A stretch of DNA of 64,000 nt from the human T2T-CHM13v2.0 reference genome, Homo sapiens. Shown here in pieces: positions 11,491 to 25,480 of the stretch (position 1 is the first letter of the stretch; every line of letters starts with the position of its first letter). The notes beneath the pieces are model-generated. The model was not told the DNA's origin and made no database searches. It was given only the letters and a program-made list of their open reading frames with translations. Where the stretch lies: NCBI RefSeq assembly GCF_009914755.1, contig NC_060942.1, one strand, 5' to 3'. Both the position numbers and the translations under genes were made by a program.

Positions 11491-11923
11491 TTTTTCTTAA
11501 GTGCTGCTAAATGTCTTTGTTTCTTTCATACTCCTGTCCAAATACTCCGGAGCTGTCTGCCATAGCAGTACCCTCAATGTCCATCATGGCTCAACACATT
11601 TGGTATTTTGATAGCTGATGTTTTTCTTCATTCCCTTTCTCGCTCTCATTCCTGTTGGAATTCCTAAGTTTAGAAAGAACTCTCTTACATACTTCATAAT
11701 CTATGAGTGAGTAATGTCAGAACAGTATTTTTCATCATCCTGTTGTTTGCAGTAATGTAATTGGTATCCAGGAAAATTGTATTTGTGGATATTTATCAGT
11801 AAACATACTGTTTACTGAGAAGCAGATCTTTGACCTGACCTCCACCTCTTTTTTCTTGAATAATATACTGAAAGAGGGTTTTTTTCAAAACTTTCTAATG
11901 ACACATTTTAAAATAGTTTTACA

Positions 11924-12225
11924 ACCAGGCGTGGTGGCTCACGCCTGTAATCCCAGCACGTTGGCTGGCCAAGGCAAGCAATCACCTGACGTCAGGACTT
12001 CGAGACCAGCCTGGCCAATGTAGTGAAATCCTGTCTCTACTAAAAATACAAAAATTAGCTGGGCATGGTGGTGGGTGCCTGTAATCCCAGCTACTTGGGA
12101 GGCTGAGACAGGAGAATTGGTTAAACTGGGAGGTGGAGGTTGCAGTGAGCTGAGATTGCACCATTGCACTCCTGCCTGGGCGACAAGAGTGAAACTCTGT
12201 CTCAAGGTAAATAAATAAATACAAA
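11924..12225 (+). mobile_element. Alu, AluS family (Sp/Sq-like), full length
   Basis: Dimeric Alu with (TAAA)n tail; 15-bp target-site duplication TAAAATAGTTTTACA at 11909-11923 and 12226-12240. Confidence 0.97.
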
Positions 12226-12899
12226 TAAAATAGTTTTACATTTAATCTTTTTAAGAATAACTATATGCCAGTATTCTTCAGTACGCATATCTTCCTTTAT
12301 CTGCCTAACACCGTGGAGCAGTGTCAGAGAAGCATTTGCTCCTTCCTGCCATCCTCCTGCAAGAGGGTGATCCTAATTGTTCTAGAGTGACCCAAATGGT
12401 TGTTATGTATGGTTTCCTTATGTTTTCATTAGCTAGTAAGTAGTAATGAAGAACTCTGTTTTTCATGCTATCACATTTTACCTTTTCAATTACAAAGAAT
12501 CGTAAATAGTATCTGTGCCAAACTTTTCTCTACACCATTGAATCTTCAAAACAAATCTTGTTGATACATGTTATTCTCAATTTAATGGTTTTGAAAAATC
12601 TGTCTTCAAGAGGTTATGTTGCTTGAGGATGCATAACTACAGTGTGGCTCTATAAAATTCTCACCTGTCTTCAGAGTCTTACAGTTACATCACCCTGCTG
12701 TACAGGAGCTTTAAAATAATTGATTGGCAGGTTAATGAAGTTTTTTCAGTGGAAGCCTTAAAAATTTAGAGCTTTAAGAGTTCAAATAATCTAAACATAT
12801 ATTAGGAAGTAGAATGATATAGTATAATAATGTAAAAACACCATGGTAAATGTTTTCACAGTTGTACCTCTCCTGCCTAGTACAGAGCCTGTGGCACAG

Positions 12900-13090
12900 A
12901 CGGATGGATGGAGTCAAATGAACTAGGTTTCAGGATGAACTTTTTCACCATGGAGATGTGTAACTTTGAGCCAGTCACTCAAGCATTTTGTGTCTGTTTT
13001 CTCAACTGCAAAAAGAGTAACATTGTTTAGCTTTTCTTTTGAACATGAGGTTCAAATTAGATAATCCATATGAAAGAGCTTGAAAATTGT
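12900..13090 (+). mobile_element. MIR SINE remnant
   Basis: ggagtcaaatgaactaggttt...gatgtgtaactttgagccagtcactcaa...tctgttttctcaactgcaaaa resembles the MIR core. Confidence 0.55.
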
Positions 13091-13384
13091 ATTCTTTTAA
13101 GAAAGTTACTGGATTTTGTTACTGCTATTTTAATAGTAGCAAAGTAGAAGGAAAAGACTAATGATTTTTTTGCATGTATTTCAAGTTGCTATTAAGGATA
13201 ATGAATCTCATAACAACAAACATATATATGTGTACACATTAGTATTCATACATACATATTAGTGTAACAGTCTGAGCATATACTAAAATTAGGGCTACAG
13301 AAGGCCTACTTAAAACTTTTCAGAGTAGAAACGTATCATTTAAATAATGTATTTAAATTATTTCTATTATTTGTATGTTACCTA

Positions 13385-14294
13385 TGTTGAAGAAAAAAGC
13401 CAAACTCTGTTGGATGTTTAAAGATGTTTATCCTGTGCCAAATATGAGTGACCATGGCCTGTGACACAGTCTCAGGAGGTTCTGAGAACATGTGCCCAAG
13501 GTGGTTGAGTTATAGCTTGGTTTATATATTTTAGGGAGACAGAAGTTATAGCCAAAGACATCAATCAATACATGTAAGGTATACATTTGTTCAGCCCAAA
13601 AAGGTGGGACATCTCAAGCAGGGAGTTAGAGAGCTCACATGTCATAGGTGGATTCAAAGATTTTCTGATTGGCAATTGGTTAAGTTAACCTTTGCCTGAA
13701 GACTTGAAGCCAGCAGAAAGAAATGCTTGAGTTAAGATAAGGGGGATTGTAGAAGCCAAGGTTCTTATTATGTAGATGAAGCTTCCAGGTAACTGACTGC
13801 AGAGAGAATAGATGGTGAAGGTCTCTTTTAGGACCTTAAAAGGTGTCAGACTGTTAGTTAAATTTCTGCTGGATCTGGAGAAGACATGGAAAGGGAAGGA
13901 GATTCTCTACAGAATGCAAATTTTCCCAATAAGAGATGGCATTCCAGGGCCATTTCAAAGTATGTCAAAAAATATATTTTGGAGGTAAAATACTTTGATT
14001 TCTTATAAGACCTGCTATCTGTCATGTAATGCTATACCAGAGTCAGGTGGGAGTTGAATATCTTCTTGCTACAAAGAGTCTGTTTTGTCAATCTTAAGAT
14101 CTCTATTTCAATGTTAATGCCGACCAGTTGTGCCTGAACTCCAAAGGGAGGACCTTGTAGGGAGGCCTGTCCCTCCGGCCTTCCCTTCAGGGCCGGAGCT
14201 AGTTTTTCAGGTTTCTTTGGGATCCCTTTGGCCGAGAAGGGGACCATTCAGTCAGCTGGGGTGGGGGAGCTTAGAATTTTATTTTTGGCTTGTG
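13385..14294 (-). mobile_element. ERV1 solo LTR, MER4 group (MER4D-like)
   Basis: Starts TGT; contains ccaaatatgagtgaccatggcctgtgacacag...gagaacatgtgcccaaggtggtt and ends gggggagcttagaattttatttttgg, typical of the MER4 group. Near-match 4-bp flanks CCTA/TCTA. Confidence 0.85.
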
Positions 14295-15279
14295 TCTACT
14301 GCACTCTGTAGTTTTAAAACTGTTTTTTTAAAAAGAATATCATCCTGAAAAAAGTATCCTTTCTACTGTATAGTTTAGCGTTCTGTAAAGTCCTGAATGG
14401 CATTCATAAATTTAAAATAAAGTTAGAGTACACAATTAAAACACAGCTTTTGATGGTAACACCTAACAAGATTGGCCGAACTGGCTCTCAGGCTCCCGGC
14501 TCACTCATGCTCATCCTGTCACTACAGGACCTTAAAGAAAAGTTTTAAAGTGATTTTTAACTTTTTTCCAGAAAAAAACTATATTCTCCCCTTCCTTGAG
14601 TGTGCTGGCCAAGTGTGATGGCCTGTATGATTCGAGCCGCGCCAGCGCTTCCTTCCCGGCTCCCTTCCCTGCTGCGCCAAGGTCACCCAGCCACGTGGCA
14701 TTCTCTTACCTCATGGCAGGCAGCACTGCGATCTTATCAGAGCTCACATTTGCAGCCTTCGTGAACTGGATTTTGAAAGTTAAAACAGTTAAAAAAAAAA
14801 AGTAAACAAAATTGAAAATCGTGATCTTATCCCCTCTGACAGCTTCATTTATCAAAATTTTAAGGGAAAAAATTGATTGTGAAAAGTTATAGTGGGGACG
14901 GTATGATTTTATCAGGTAATTGATGTGGTTTTTACTTTTATATAGACTTTTTATCAACTAATTCAATATAACTTACATATTTTAAAAATTTGCACACCCT
15001 CACACACATATTTTGACCCCCACCTAAACAGCAGTTTTAGATGAGGAAACAAAGACCATGTTGCCCACTCGTGTTGCTACTACTGCAGAACAAGTTACTG
15101 TTCCAGCTGAAGCCGTTTACTAAAGAATAGCATGACAAGTCTTTCAAATTATCAGGGAAATTTAGATACATTGTTTCATTAGCTTTGAAATGTAGTTCAG
15201 AATATGAAGTAATGCACATTATTACTCTTTGCAATTTCATTTATTTCTATTTGCAGTGAGGAAAATTACTATTTCGCAA

Positions 15280-16430
15280 GTTTTTATCTTAAATGATTTT
15301 AAACTTACAGAAAAGTTTGCAGAAATAGTACAGAGAGTTCCATATATCCTTCACCCAACTTTCCCAAATGTTAACATCAAACATAACCATACTACTTACG
15401 AAAGCCTGAGAATTTAGCATTAATACATTGCCATTTTCTATGCTGTATTCTCGTATTCAGAGTTTATCATTTTTCCACTCACATCCTCCTTCATTCCCAG
15501 AATTCAGCCCAGGAACCAACATTCCTTTTAGTTGCCATGTCTTCTTGGTCTTCTCCAGTCCAGGACAGATTTTCAGTACCTTGGCACTCTTAAGGAACAT
15601 GGATTTGTTATTTTGTAGAATGTCTCTTAATTTGGAATAGTGTGATGTTTACTCATGATTTAATTGAAGTCATTTAAGAAAATACCAGAAGAAATGTGTG
15701 CTGTGCCTGGAGCACCTGGTGACTGAGGACGTCCGCCTGGCCCATGGAGTGAGGTGGGATCTTCAGAATCCTCCAGTGGCAGCTTCCTGGTTTTACCTTT
15801 TTAATCAGTACACATCTTGGAGAGAGCCTTTCAGACCACGAAAATAGCCTATTTCTCCCCAGTCATTTGCCCAATAATTTTGACATCCATTAGTTTATCC
15901 TGCCTGAATAAGGTCTGTGATGTTTAAATGGTGTTTTTTTTCTTTCCTGCATTTCTTCTACGTTTAATAATTGGAATTATTCTGTAAGGAATGGTAGTTG
16001 GTTCCTTCTTTCCCAGTTCTTCATTCTATTTCTTTTTATCATTGTGGAGGTATTTTATCCTGAGGTTTATAATCCAATACCATTGTGGCTTATTTTCTTA
16101 CTGAAAGCACTCCTGCCTTAACCACTGCCCCCTCTTTCCAGTCAGCTCCTGTGCCCTGTGTGCACCCCCATCCTTTTAGAGACATCTCTTTACTTTTCAG
16201 GCACCACAGTGTTCTGTGGGTTCATCTTGTGTTTTCCTTGCCATGGTCCAGAAATGAATCACTACCTTAAGGAGACCTGGTTCCTTTGGCTGGAGAATGG
16301 TAGTTATAAGCCAAGATATATACACTGTGTGGACTCATTGCTTCTGTGTACCTCTGCTTCTAGGCCTTCGCAGCAGATAAACAAGGAAGTGTAGGTATGT
16401 ATACTAAATCCTGCATTCCTGTGAATATAG
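15280..16430 (-). mobile_element. Old L1 (L1MC4/L1ME-like) 3' region, antisense
   Basis: ttttaaacttacagaaaagtttgcagaaatagtacagagagttccatatatccttcaccc is the characteristic antisense 3' end of these elements. Confidence 0.65.
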
Positions 16431-16464
16431 ATGTTTTTCTCTATCTCTCTATCTAGAACATACA

Positions 16465-16915
16465 TTATCTAAGACCTAAATATAAGAAATAAAACTGTAA
16501 AAACCCTTCAAAAGGAACGTACAGATAAAGCTTTATGACCTTGAATTAGGCAATTGTTTCTTGGATGTTACTCCGAAAGAACAAATAACAAAAGGAAAAC
16601 ATAAGTTGAATTTTATCAAAATTAAAAATTTTGTGCTTCAAAGGGCACCATCAAAAAGATGAAAGAAAAACTTATAAAATGAGAGAAAATATTTTGCAAA
16701 TCTATCTGGTAAGGGACTTGTATCCAGAATATACATAAAGCACTCTGTCACTCAACAAGAGCAAGGCAAATAACCTATTTTAAAAATGGACAAATGATCA
16801 AAATAACCATTTCCCCCAAAGACGATACACAAATGACCGGCAAGCCATGGAAAATATGCTCAACACCATTACTGTTAGGAAAATGCAAATAAAAACCACA
16901 GTGAAATTCCACAGC
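16465..16915 (+). mobile_element. L1M ORF2 3' fragment, sense
   Basis: aagacctaaatataag...ttttatcaaaattaaaaattttgtgcttcaaagggcaccatcaa...ggaaaatgcaaataaaaaccacagtga. Confidence 0.85.
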
Positions 16916-16924
16916 TAGGGTTTT

Positions 16925-17770
16925 TATTCTTTTTGGCAATTATTAATAGAGAGGCTTTAAACATTCACATATAAGATTCTGTGAATATAAGATCTCATTT
17001 CCTTGGGTATATACCTAGAAACGAGATGCCTGGATTATATGGTATATTTAACTGTCTAAAAAAAAAACTGTTGAACTATTTTTCAAACTGTCTGTGCATA
17101 GTATGTTCCCGCCAGCAATGTGTGAGTTCCCGTCACTCCACGTACTCACCAGGAACTCATCGTGTGGTTTTAATTTGTATTTAACTGATCACTAATGATG
17201 TTGAGCATCAATTCATGATTATTTGACATCTGTATATTTTCTTTGATGAAGTGTCTTTTGAAATACAATATTTTTCCCCTTTTTTCATTAGGTTGATTTT
17301 TGAGATCATTTTTATTTTATATTTTTGACCTGAGACCTCTGAAATATGATTTGCAAATATTTTCTCCTAGTCTGAGACATGTCTTTTTTTCCGCCTCTTA
17401 ACAGTGTGTTTCATACAGAAAAGTCATAGTATTCATAAGGTCCAGTTTATTAGTTTTTTCCTTTATGCTCTGAGCTTTTGATACAATATCTTCTAAAAGC
17501 TAGTTGCCTAACTTGAGTTACAAAGAATAATTTATATATTTTCTTCTAGAAGCTTTATGCTTTTATTACACTTTACATTTAGTTCTGTGATCCACTTTGA
17601 GTCATATTTTGTATAACATATAAGGTGTAAGTCAAAGTTCTTTATTTTGCATACAGATGTCTCATTTTTTTCAGCAGTATTTATTGAAAACACTGTCCTT
17701 CCTTCATTAAATTGCCTTTGTTCTTTTGTTGAAAGTAAGTTAGCAGCATTTCTCTGGGTCAGTTTGTTTA
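16925..17770 (-). mobile_element. L1M ORF2 3' fragment, antisense
   Basis: cttgggtatatacctagaa...gtggttttaatttgtatt...ctaatgatgttgagcatc...tttgcaaatattttctcc...gtgatccactttgagt. Confidence 0.85.
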
Positions 17771-18229
17771 CTCTGCTACCCTAGCAGTTTCTGAAATTAA
17801 GCATGCATGGGTTTGAAATTTTATCCTTAAAATGCCACAGTTGGATATGTGCATTTCCCCTCAGCTTCGTGTGTCCATCTTCTCCCTCATCTGAGACGTA
17901 ATTTAAACTCATCACAAATGTGTTTGGCTTGTCACTGGCTCTTCTATGTCCTGAATGACTTTTGACTTAGCCTGATATTTGTTATAACCAATCATTCAAA
18001 AAAAACTTATGTGTAAATAAAATGAGATCTGCATATTTACATCCAGAATGTAATGCCTAGTAAAATTATTATTCTTCAATTCTTTAAGTTATCAAATAAG
18101 AAAATGTGTTCACTTTTTGTGTATGATGTGATTCTGGCTACCACCTTATCTGGTGGTAAATAATACTCACCAATTTAGTATTTTGCATTCACTATATTTT
18201 TCTCATTAGCTAAGAAATATGCTTTAATA

Positions 18230-18992
18230 AAAAAAACCTACGACTACCACCTCATACCTATTCAGATGCCTCCTGTCAGAAAAATAGAAAATTGCGAGTG
18301 CTGACAAGGATGCAGAGAAGTTGGAACCCTTATGCGCTGCTGAAGCGAATGTACAATAGTGCAGCTGCTGTGGAAGCGGAATGGCAGCTCCTCCAAGAAT
18401 GAAACGTAGAATTACCGTATTATCCAGCAGTTCCACTTTGGGATAGATATCCCAAATCATTGAAGGCAAGGTCTCAAACAGGTGTTTGTACACCCATGTT
18501 CATAGCAGCACTATTAATAGTGAAAAAGTGGAAGAAACCCAAATGTCCATCAACAGAAGAATGGATCAACAAAGTTTGTTATATATTATACAGTGGAGCA
18601 TTACTCAGCCTTAAAAAGGAAGGAAAATCTGGCACATGCTATTACATGGATGAACCTTGAGAATATGTTAAGTTAAACAAGCCAGTCACACAAGATGGCT
18701 TACATTGATAAGTATAATTGCATTATAATTCCACTTACAGATGATGTGCCTAGAGTAGTCGAAGTCAAAGAGATAGAAGGTAGAATGTTGGGTGCCGGGA
18801 GCTGCAGGGAGGGAAAATGGGGAGTTGTGTGACCAGGCAAAGTTAAGGTGTTGTAAGATGAAAGAGTTGTAGAGACTGGTTGTGCAGCAGTGTGATGGTA
18901 CTTAATTAACACTGCTGAAATGTCCACATAAAACTGATTAGGATGGTAACTTTTATGTATGGTTTACCACAATTTTTAAAAATTACAAATAC
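18230..18992 (+). mobile_element. L1MB-like 3' end, sense
   Basis: gacaaggatgcagagaagttggaaccc...cacccatgttcatagcagca...atggatgaaccttgagaa...ggatggtaacttttatgtatggtttaccacaatt. Confidence 0.88.
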
Positions 18993-19914
18993 AAAAATAA
19001 TTTGGTACCCCTATTTTTTCTGTCTTCCACACTTACCCATTTTAGAAGATATTAAATACATCTCTTGGTTGGTGAAGTGCCGTTCAGGGCAGAGATTTGA
19101 TTGGGATGGGAAAAGTGGAAGTGGGGAAGAGTGAATACAAAAATTATACTAAATGGCTTGACCTTCTGAAATTTAATGGACTAAACATATGTTATATGAT
19201 ATGTTCTAGTCAGTGTTTGAAATATATCCATTTAATGAGGCAAAATGTGAAGTAAAATATTTGAACTTACAGACATGTTTACACTTCCTTGTTTTCTTTT
19301 TTTAATTTTTCCTAAGATTAAAAACACTTTGATGCATTATTTTAATAGGTAAAAATTTATCCTCGTAATCACTTAAATCCCCTAATAGCTTTTACTGCAG
19401 CAGAATATACTGTAGGCCCCAACTAGATAAAATAGCATTTTTGATGGCTGGTCTAGATGCTTCTAAAAAGCTGCACAGACTTGTTCACTCTTGTCATTGC
19501 TCTTAGTGTCGTTTGTTGAGTAGCATGTCAGTGTGATTGACAGGAAGTCATTCTTTCGTCTTGTGAAAAATTATAATTTTAGTGCATGCCTAAAATAAAA
19601 GCCTAGCATAAATGGTTTCGTGTTTGTGAAGGAAAAGGCAAGATTCTTTCAAGGGTAGTATAGATGAATTTAATCACTATTGTATGGAATATAAATTTTA
19701 TTTTTTTTCTCATTGAGAGAGTACTTTTATTGGGGAACTATGTTTTAGGATTTTCTCCACATTCCTTGTCTGGTTTCATTAAGTTAATATGAATTATAAT
19801 ACCAGTTTCCTTCCAGATGTTGGCCAGGAATAGATTTGAACTTTGCTGTCTTAAATGGAAACAACATCGCAAGCTAAATAAATCCTTTTGCATCTTGGAG
19901 TAAGGTTTTTGTCA

Positions 19915-20301
<387 letters not shown>

Positions 20302-23300
20302 TTATTAAGTACTCTATGAGTATTTAGTTAGTAAAATATATAACTGAAATTACTCTATGTCATTTATATTCATTTTAATTATGCCAGTAGATGCTGCTCT
20401 TGAGTGACAAGAGTATCCCAAGTTACATTTTATATTAACATATGTGACCTCGATTCTTGGCACAACTTGCATATTCATGTTTATGTACCCAATTCTCTTG
20501 ATTAGAAATGACTATTTGTAATAAATAGACTGTTTTAAAGAATCCATTAGTACAAAATGACAGACATGAAAATGCTCAGATAGTTCTCTTGCAATTTTAA
20601 TATACTATTTGGTAGTATTAGAAGTTGACTTCATCTAAAGCTTTATTATTTTAAAACACACCAAACTCATAACTCTTCTCATTTATCAGGTATCTCAGTC
20701 CCATAGTTTGACATTCTTTATGTTGGTAACTAAGTATTTATTGAGTCTATTGACATTTTCTTAGAGCATCTGGTCAACACTGAAATGTGGTACTTCTTGG
20801 TGTTTTACAAATAAACCACCGACAGGATTAGGCTTTTTTAGATTAACCTTGTTGTTCAGACAAAGCAAGCTTCTTGCTGAAATCGGGGACCAGATAGAAT
20901 CCCCCTCATGCACATTTAATTGTAATCAATTCTTTCAGCTTGGAAGTGCTCTTGCCATTTAAAGGAGTGTTGGAAATAGTGTGTGCTACGGGGTGGCAAT
21001 GTGGCCGCAGCTCATGTAACTTGTAAACACGGATGATTAATCTGAATTGCATGAAGGCAAGGGGGAGGGTACTTGGTTTTGTAAAACTTGAATAATCAGA
21101 GAGGTGAGAAGAGGAGATCGATGGAAGCACCGAGCAGGCAGAAGAGACTGTAGGCAATAATGTGTACCAGGGAGGAGCTCAGAAGTTGAATTGTGCGGCA
21201 CATACAGTAAAAGCTGAAAAAGGAAGATAATCCAACAGCTGGCTCTTTAGAAGAGGCTGAATAATACTTTAGGTTTCTGTTTGTTGTCTTTTAATGGTTT
21301 CCTAATGTATTATCTCCATCCATATTTCTGGCCTTTTCTCCCTGTATGTAATTTTTTAAAAAAGTTTTTTCTTTTTGTGATGTGTGCTTTTAGATCATGA
21401 TCCAGAACTCAATCAAAGAAGTAATTTTGGTTTTAGATATAATTCTGTGATGGCACTTAATATATTTTCTTTTACTTTTCACTCCAATTTCTCTATCTGC
21501 TTCTAAGGAAGTATGTTACGAAGACATTTTAAAGATATTTGATGCTCAGTTTGAACATATTAAATTTTTAAATATCTTTTTTACATTGAAAAGGACAATT
21601 GAAATCCAGAGCTATCTATTTTTATTATTTATGGCAGGATCAGTTTGGGTGTGTTTATCTTCTAGGCATTAAGATGTCAAGATATTCGCCTGTTACATTA
21701 ATATGCATAGTCATTTTCACTCAAAGTGTAGGATACAGTATTTTATCCTCATAGTGCAGACAAAATGGAATGTTTGGCCTAAAGGGTTTGATATAGACCC
21801 CAAATCTGACATGTTAGTTTATGCAGACGTTTTATCTGAGTGTTTGTTTAGTGAGACTCTGCCCCTGCGCATTTAGGCTTACTCTCCACATCCCTCTCAG
21901 TGAGTCCCAGGCTTCCACATGATGAAGTCGCAGACTTACCACCACCCAGCTGTGCCCACCTCCTGAGAAAACAGAAGACTCCGTAAGGGGAACTCAGGTG
22001 TATGGCTAGTTCCTTCTCTTGCTAAGCCAGCCGCAGGTAGGATCTTTGACTCTGTATGAACCTCTGTTTAAAACCTATACCGAAAGAATTCTAGACAGTT
22101 GGGATACAGTTAATTCCAGTTGTGTAGGATTTGCACTGATAAATCAGAACAGGAAGATACCATCCCATTTCAGAAATATGGTCATATGAACTTTCTTTAA
22201 TATTTCCAAATAATTAATGAAAAGCATTTTTATCTGCCGATGATTTCTGAATCATCATTGAAAAGCTGAATTAATAATTCTCAAACTTTTTGGTGAGAGA
22301 GGTTTTAGAAACTTCTTTGACTTTGTGAAATTTATAGTGTTGTAAAACACAGTTGAAAAGTTCTGATGAGACTAGAAATTAATTCATTTGAGAAGTTATA
22401 ACTAATCTTGTGTTTATACATGCTGGATTATCACCAAACAAATTTTGGACATTTTGCTCCCATGATATAAGGTTGATAAAGAAAAGTGAAAGGTGCTTTA
22501 GGAAAGCACCCCTGAGCAAATGACCTGTATAGAGCATCTGGAAATTTCTTCCACAGCCATATGGCTTCTGTTCTCTAGAGCCTGGGCAAGCTCTAGAAAG
22601 TAGCATTGAGTCAATTCCATTTTATTCTAGATAATTGACCATATCATACATGGTAACAACTATTTTATACAAGCAATCACTATTTGCCAGATATGAGGCT
22701 GTTTTTAAGAGTATCATTTAATTTTCAGAACAATCTCATGCTACTATTAGTTTTAATTTAATGGTATGGTAGAAAAAATGAGGTAAAATAACTGACTGAA
22801 ACTTTAAAGACTAGCACTAGAGTTTGAAGCCAGCCTGTGGTTTCTGTATAACCACTATTATGCTACTGTTTTATGCTAGATAATTGACAGTGTTATATGT
22901 GCTGCTTGGATTAAATGTCACCATCCCAAAAGTTTTATCAGTCAGGGTTCGACCACAGAAGCAGAACCACTTTGAGTGATACAGAATAAGGGATTTATTG
23001 TAGGGATGAGACCTTTCATAATTGTGAGAGTTAAAACCTTAAAAGTGGTTCTAATGGAATGAATTCAGTTTTATGTATGAAAACTCACTTTAAACCAAGA
23101 AGTTTTAAATATGTCTACCATATTTTATACATATCACATGTTGGATTTGCTTAGCAAAATACAATTTTTTGATCACCAGGCAGGGGATCAATTAGATCAA
23201 AGACCAAATTCTGAACATTAAGTTTTAAAAAATTTAATTATGTAACCATATTTGAATCAATCATTAAAATTTCACAGATATTTTTCTGCTCCTAAATATA

Positions 23301-25234
23301 TACCATGGGAAAAGGTGGTGAGATTATACTTGGTAGACCTGGAAATGCTCTGTCTTCCACAATACCCATGGCTCACATGTGATATTATTATTATCTGCAT
23401 AATGCTCATATTCAGGACTTCTGCAGTTGTGTTTCATGAATAGATTGTCATTTTAATTCATGACCTCTTTTTTACCAATCCCAGCGCATTATGCTTATGA
23501 GCGGGCCCCATAAAATTCAGAATTCTTACATTGCTCCTTTGGCTTCTTTTAGAACATTTGACCTTATTTATGACCTTCTTTTGTCCATATAGTCATCATA
23601 ATTGTCTTGATATGTCTTTCCACATATTAGGGTGATCTTATCCCCAGCATCATGCTCTGAGCACGAATTGGTTACCTCTGTATTTAGGGCCGTTATAGTA
23701 ACCAAATTTTCGTCATATACTGGTGAAAAATCTACAATGTAGACTTTCTGTATCTGCTGCCTTTGGGTGAATTTCCAGGTAGTATTTATTAGAGTGATCT
23801 TTCCACCTATTTCTTGACTCTGACTGTGATATTAACCTTTTGTAATTAAGACGCTCTGTCTCTTTGACACATAGTGTACCCTTTTAGATCGTCTTAATTT
23901 TTTTTTTACCTCCAACCATTTTTTAAAATTTTATCCATTTACTCGTGTACCACTTCGTTGGTACCTTTCAAATGTTAAATGCTGTCCCATTTATCCTTAG
24001 TAACCATGCTGAATTTTTCTGTCCTTTTTAATATTTAGGTTTTATTGGATGAATGTAGATTGCACCTTCTCTAAGTGTGTCTTAAATAATTGCCACTTAA
24101 GGGAATTAAGAACTACAAGGGAAGGAAAATGCTGACCCATAGACTAAAGCAGAGGGAGAAAACGTTCCCACTGGGTCCAATTTTCTAAGAAGGACCATCA
24201 GGATAGTGGCTAGGGCCTGAAATTATGGTCTGAATGACCTCTAGAAAATGATCTGTTCACAAAGGAACTTGCCTGTGTTTGCAGGAAGCAAATAGGGATA
24301 GGTAGCAGTCACCCCACTGAAGACAGACAGCTCACTCTCTTGTCCTTGGTTAGGTTATAAAAGCTCAAGAAGAGAAAACAGTCATTAAGAGCATAGAGAT
24401 AGAGTTGACATTGCAGGGTAAGACATAATCTAAGGTGTGAGGCGACCTTTTTGATTCAGAAAGAGAGGGTAATAAAGTATCTTAAATTCTAAAGGCGGAT
24501 TTTTTGATCACATATATTTATAATTTTAGGGCATGATTTCTATTGCTTGTAATATGTATTCCTTTATCTAAACATGCATACCTACAATATCCTCTAGACA
24601 TTTACATTCCACTTTACTCTTACTTTGTTTTGTATTCGGAAATCTCAAGAATAGAAATATTGAAATATTACACCTGAAATACAAGAAAATTGATCATTAT
24701 TTTAGTGAAGTCTTTATATATTGACAGATAATCACTGTGTTTTCTGTTTAGAAACAAAACATGAGATAACAAATTTTTATATATGAATATATTCAGCAAT
24801 GCAATAATTTGAGATCAGAAGTGAAATGTAAAAATTTATAACATGTAAGACAGATAACAGGATTAATATGTATTCCTTATGTATAGAAACCTCCTTTGAT
24901 TTTTTAAAAGACGGATCTGAATAGGCAATTTAAAATGCAGATTACCAAAAGTATATGCAAAAATGCTTAACCTCATTAGTTGTCACTACATCAAAACAGT
25001 GAGATGCCCCTTTTTATCAATCGACAGAAATCTAAAAGGTTGACGGTACCCATTGATGAAGCCTATGGAGGAAAATTGGAACTCTCAACATATTAAGTGC
25101 AAGCTTTTCTATATCATCTACAGTGTGTTGCTTTTTGTAATCAAAAGAGAGAATAACAAATGCTGTTAAAACTATTCTCAAGACCTCACTGATAGAAATT
25201 AAAGACCTGCTCTTTTCCAGTTAAGATATTGAGA

Positions 25235-25480
25235 TTGTTAGCATGGTGTGGCAGAAAAAACACTTGTCTTATGATGAGATAAACCCAATTTTGAACCAAT
25301 TCTGACACTTTCTTGCTGTGTGATCTTGGGAAGCTTACACACCATGTCTCAGTTTTAGCTTTTTTAGGTAGAAAATGGATACAAAAACCTTTCTTGGTCA
25401 TGGATTTCATGAGAATTAGCTTATTAAGTTACATATGAAGTCTCTGCCACAGTACCTTTCAAATATTACCTGCCCATTAA
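25235..25480 (+). mobile_element. MIR SINE remnant
   Basis: gcatggtgtggcagaaaaaacact...ttgctgtgtgatcttgggaagctt...tctcagtttt...catgagaatta. Confidence 0.6.

Noticed and set aside
11939-12224. Alu-derived ORFs (also 19912-20301, 28225-28586, 46753-46950, 52343-52525)
   Set aside because: Standard Alu translations, not genes.
22936-23030. Possible ERVL/MLT2-like LTR fragment (tcagtcagggttcgaccacagaagcagaacc)
   Set aside because: Too short and diverged to assign by eye.
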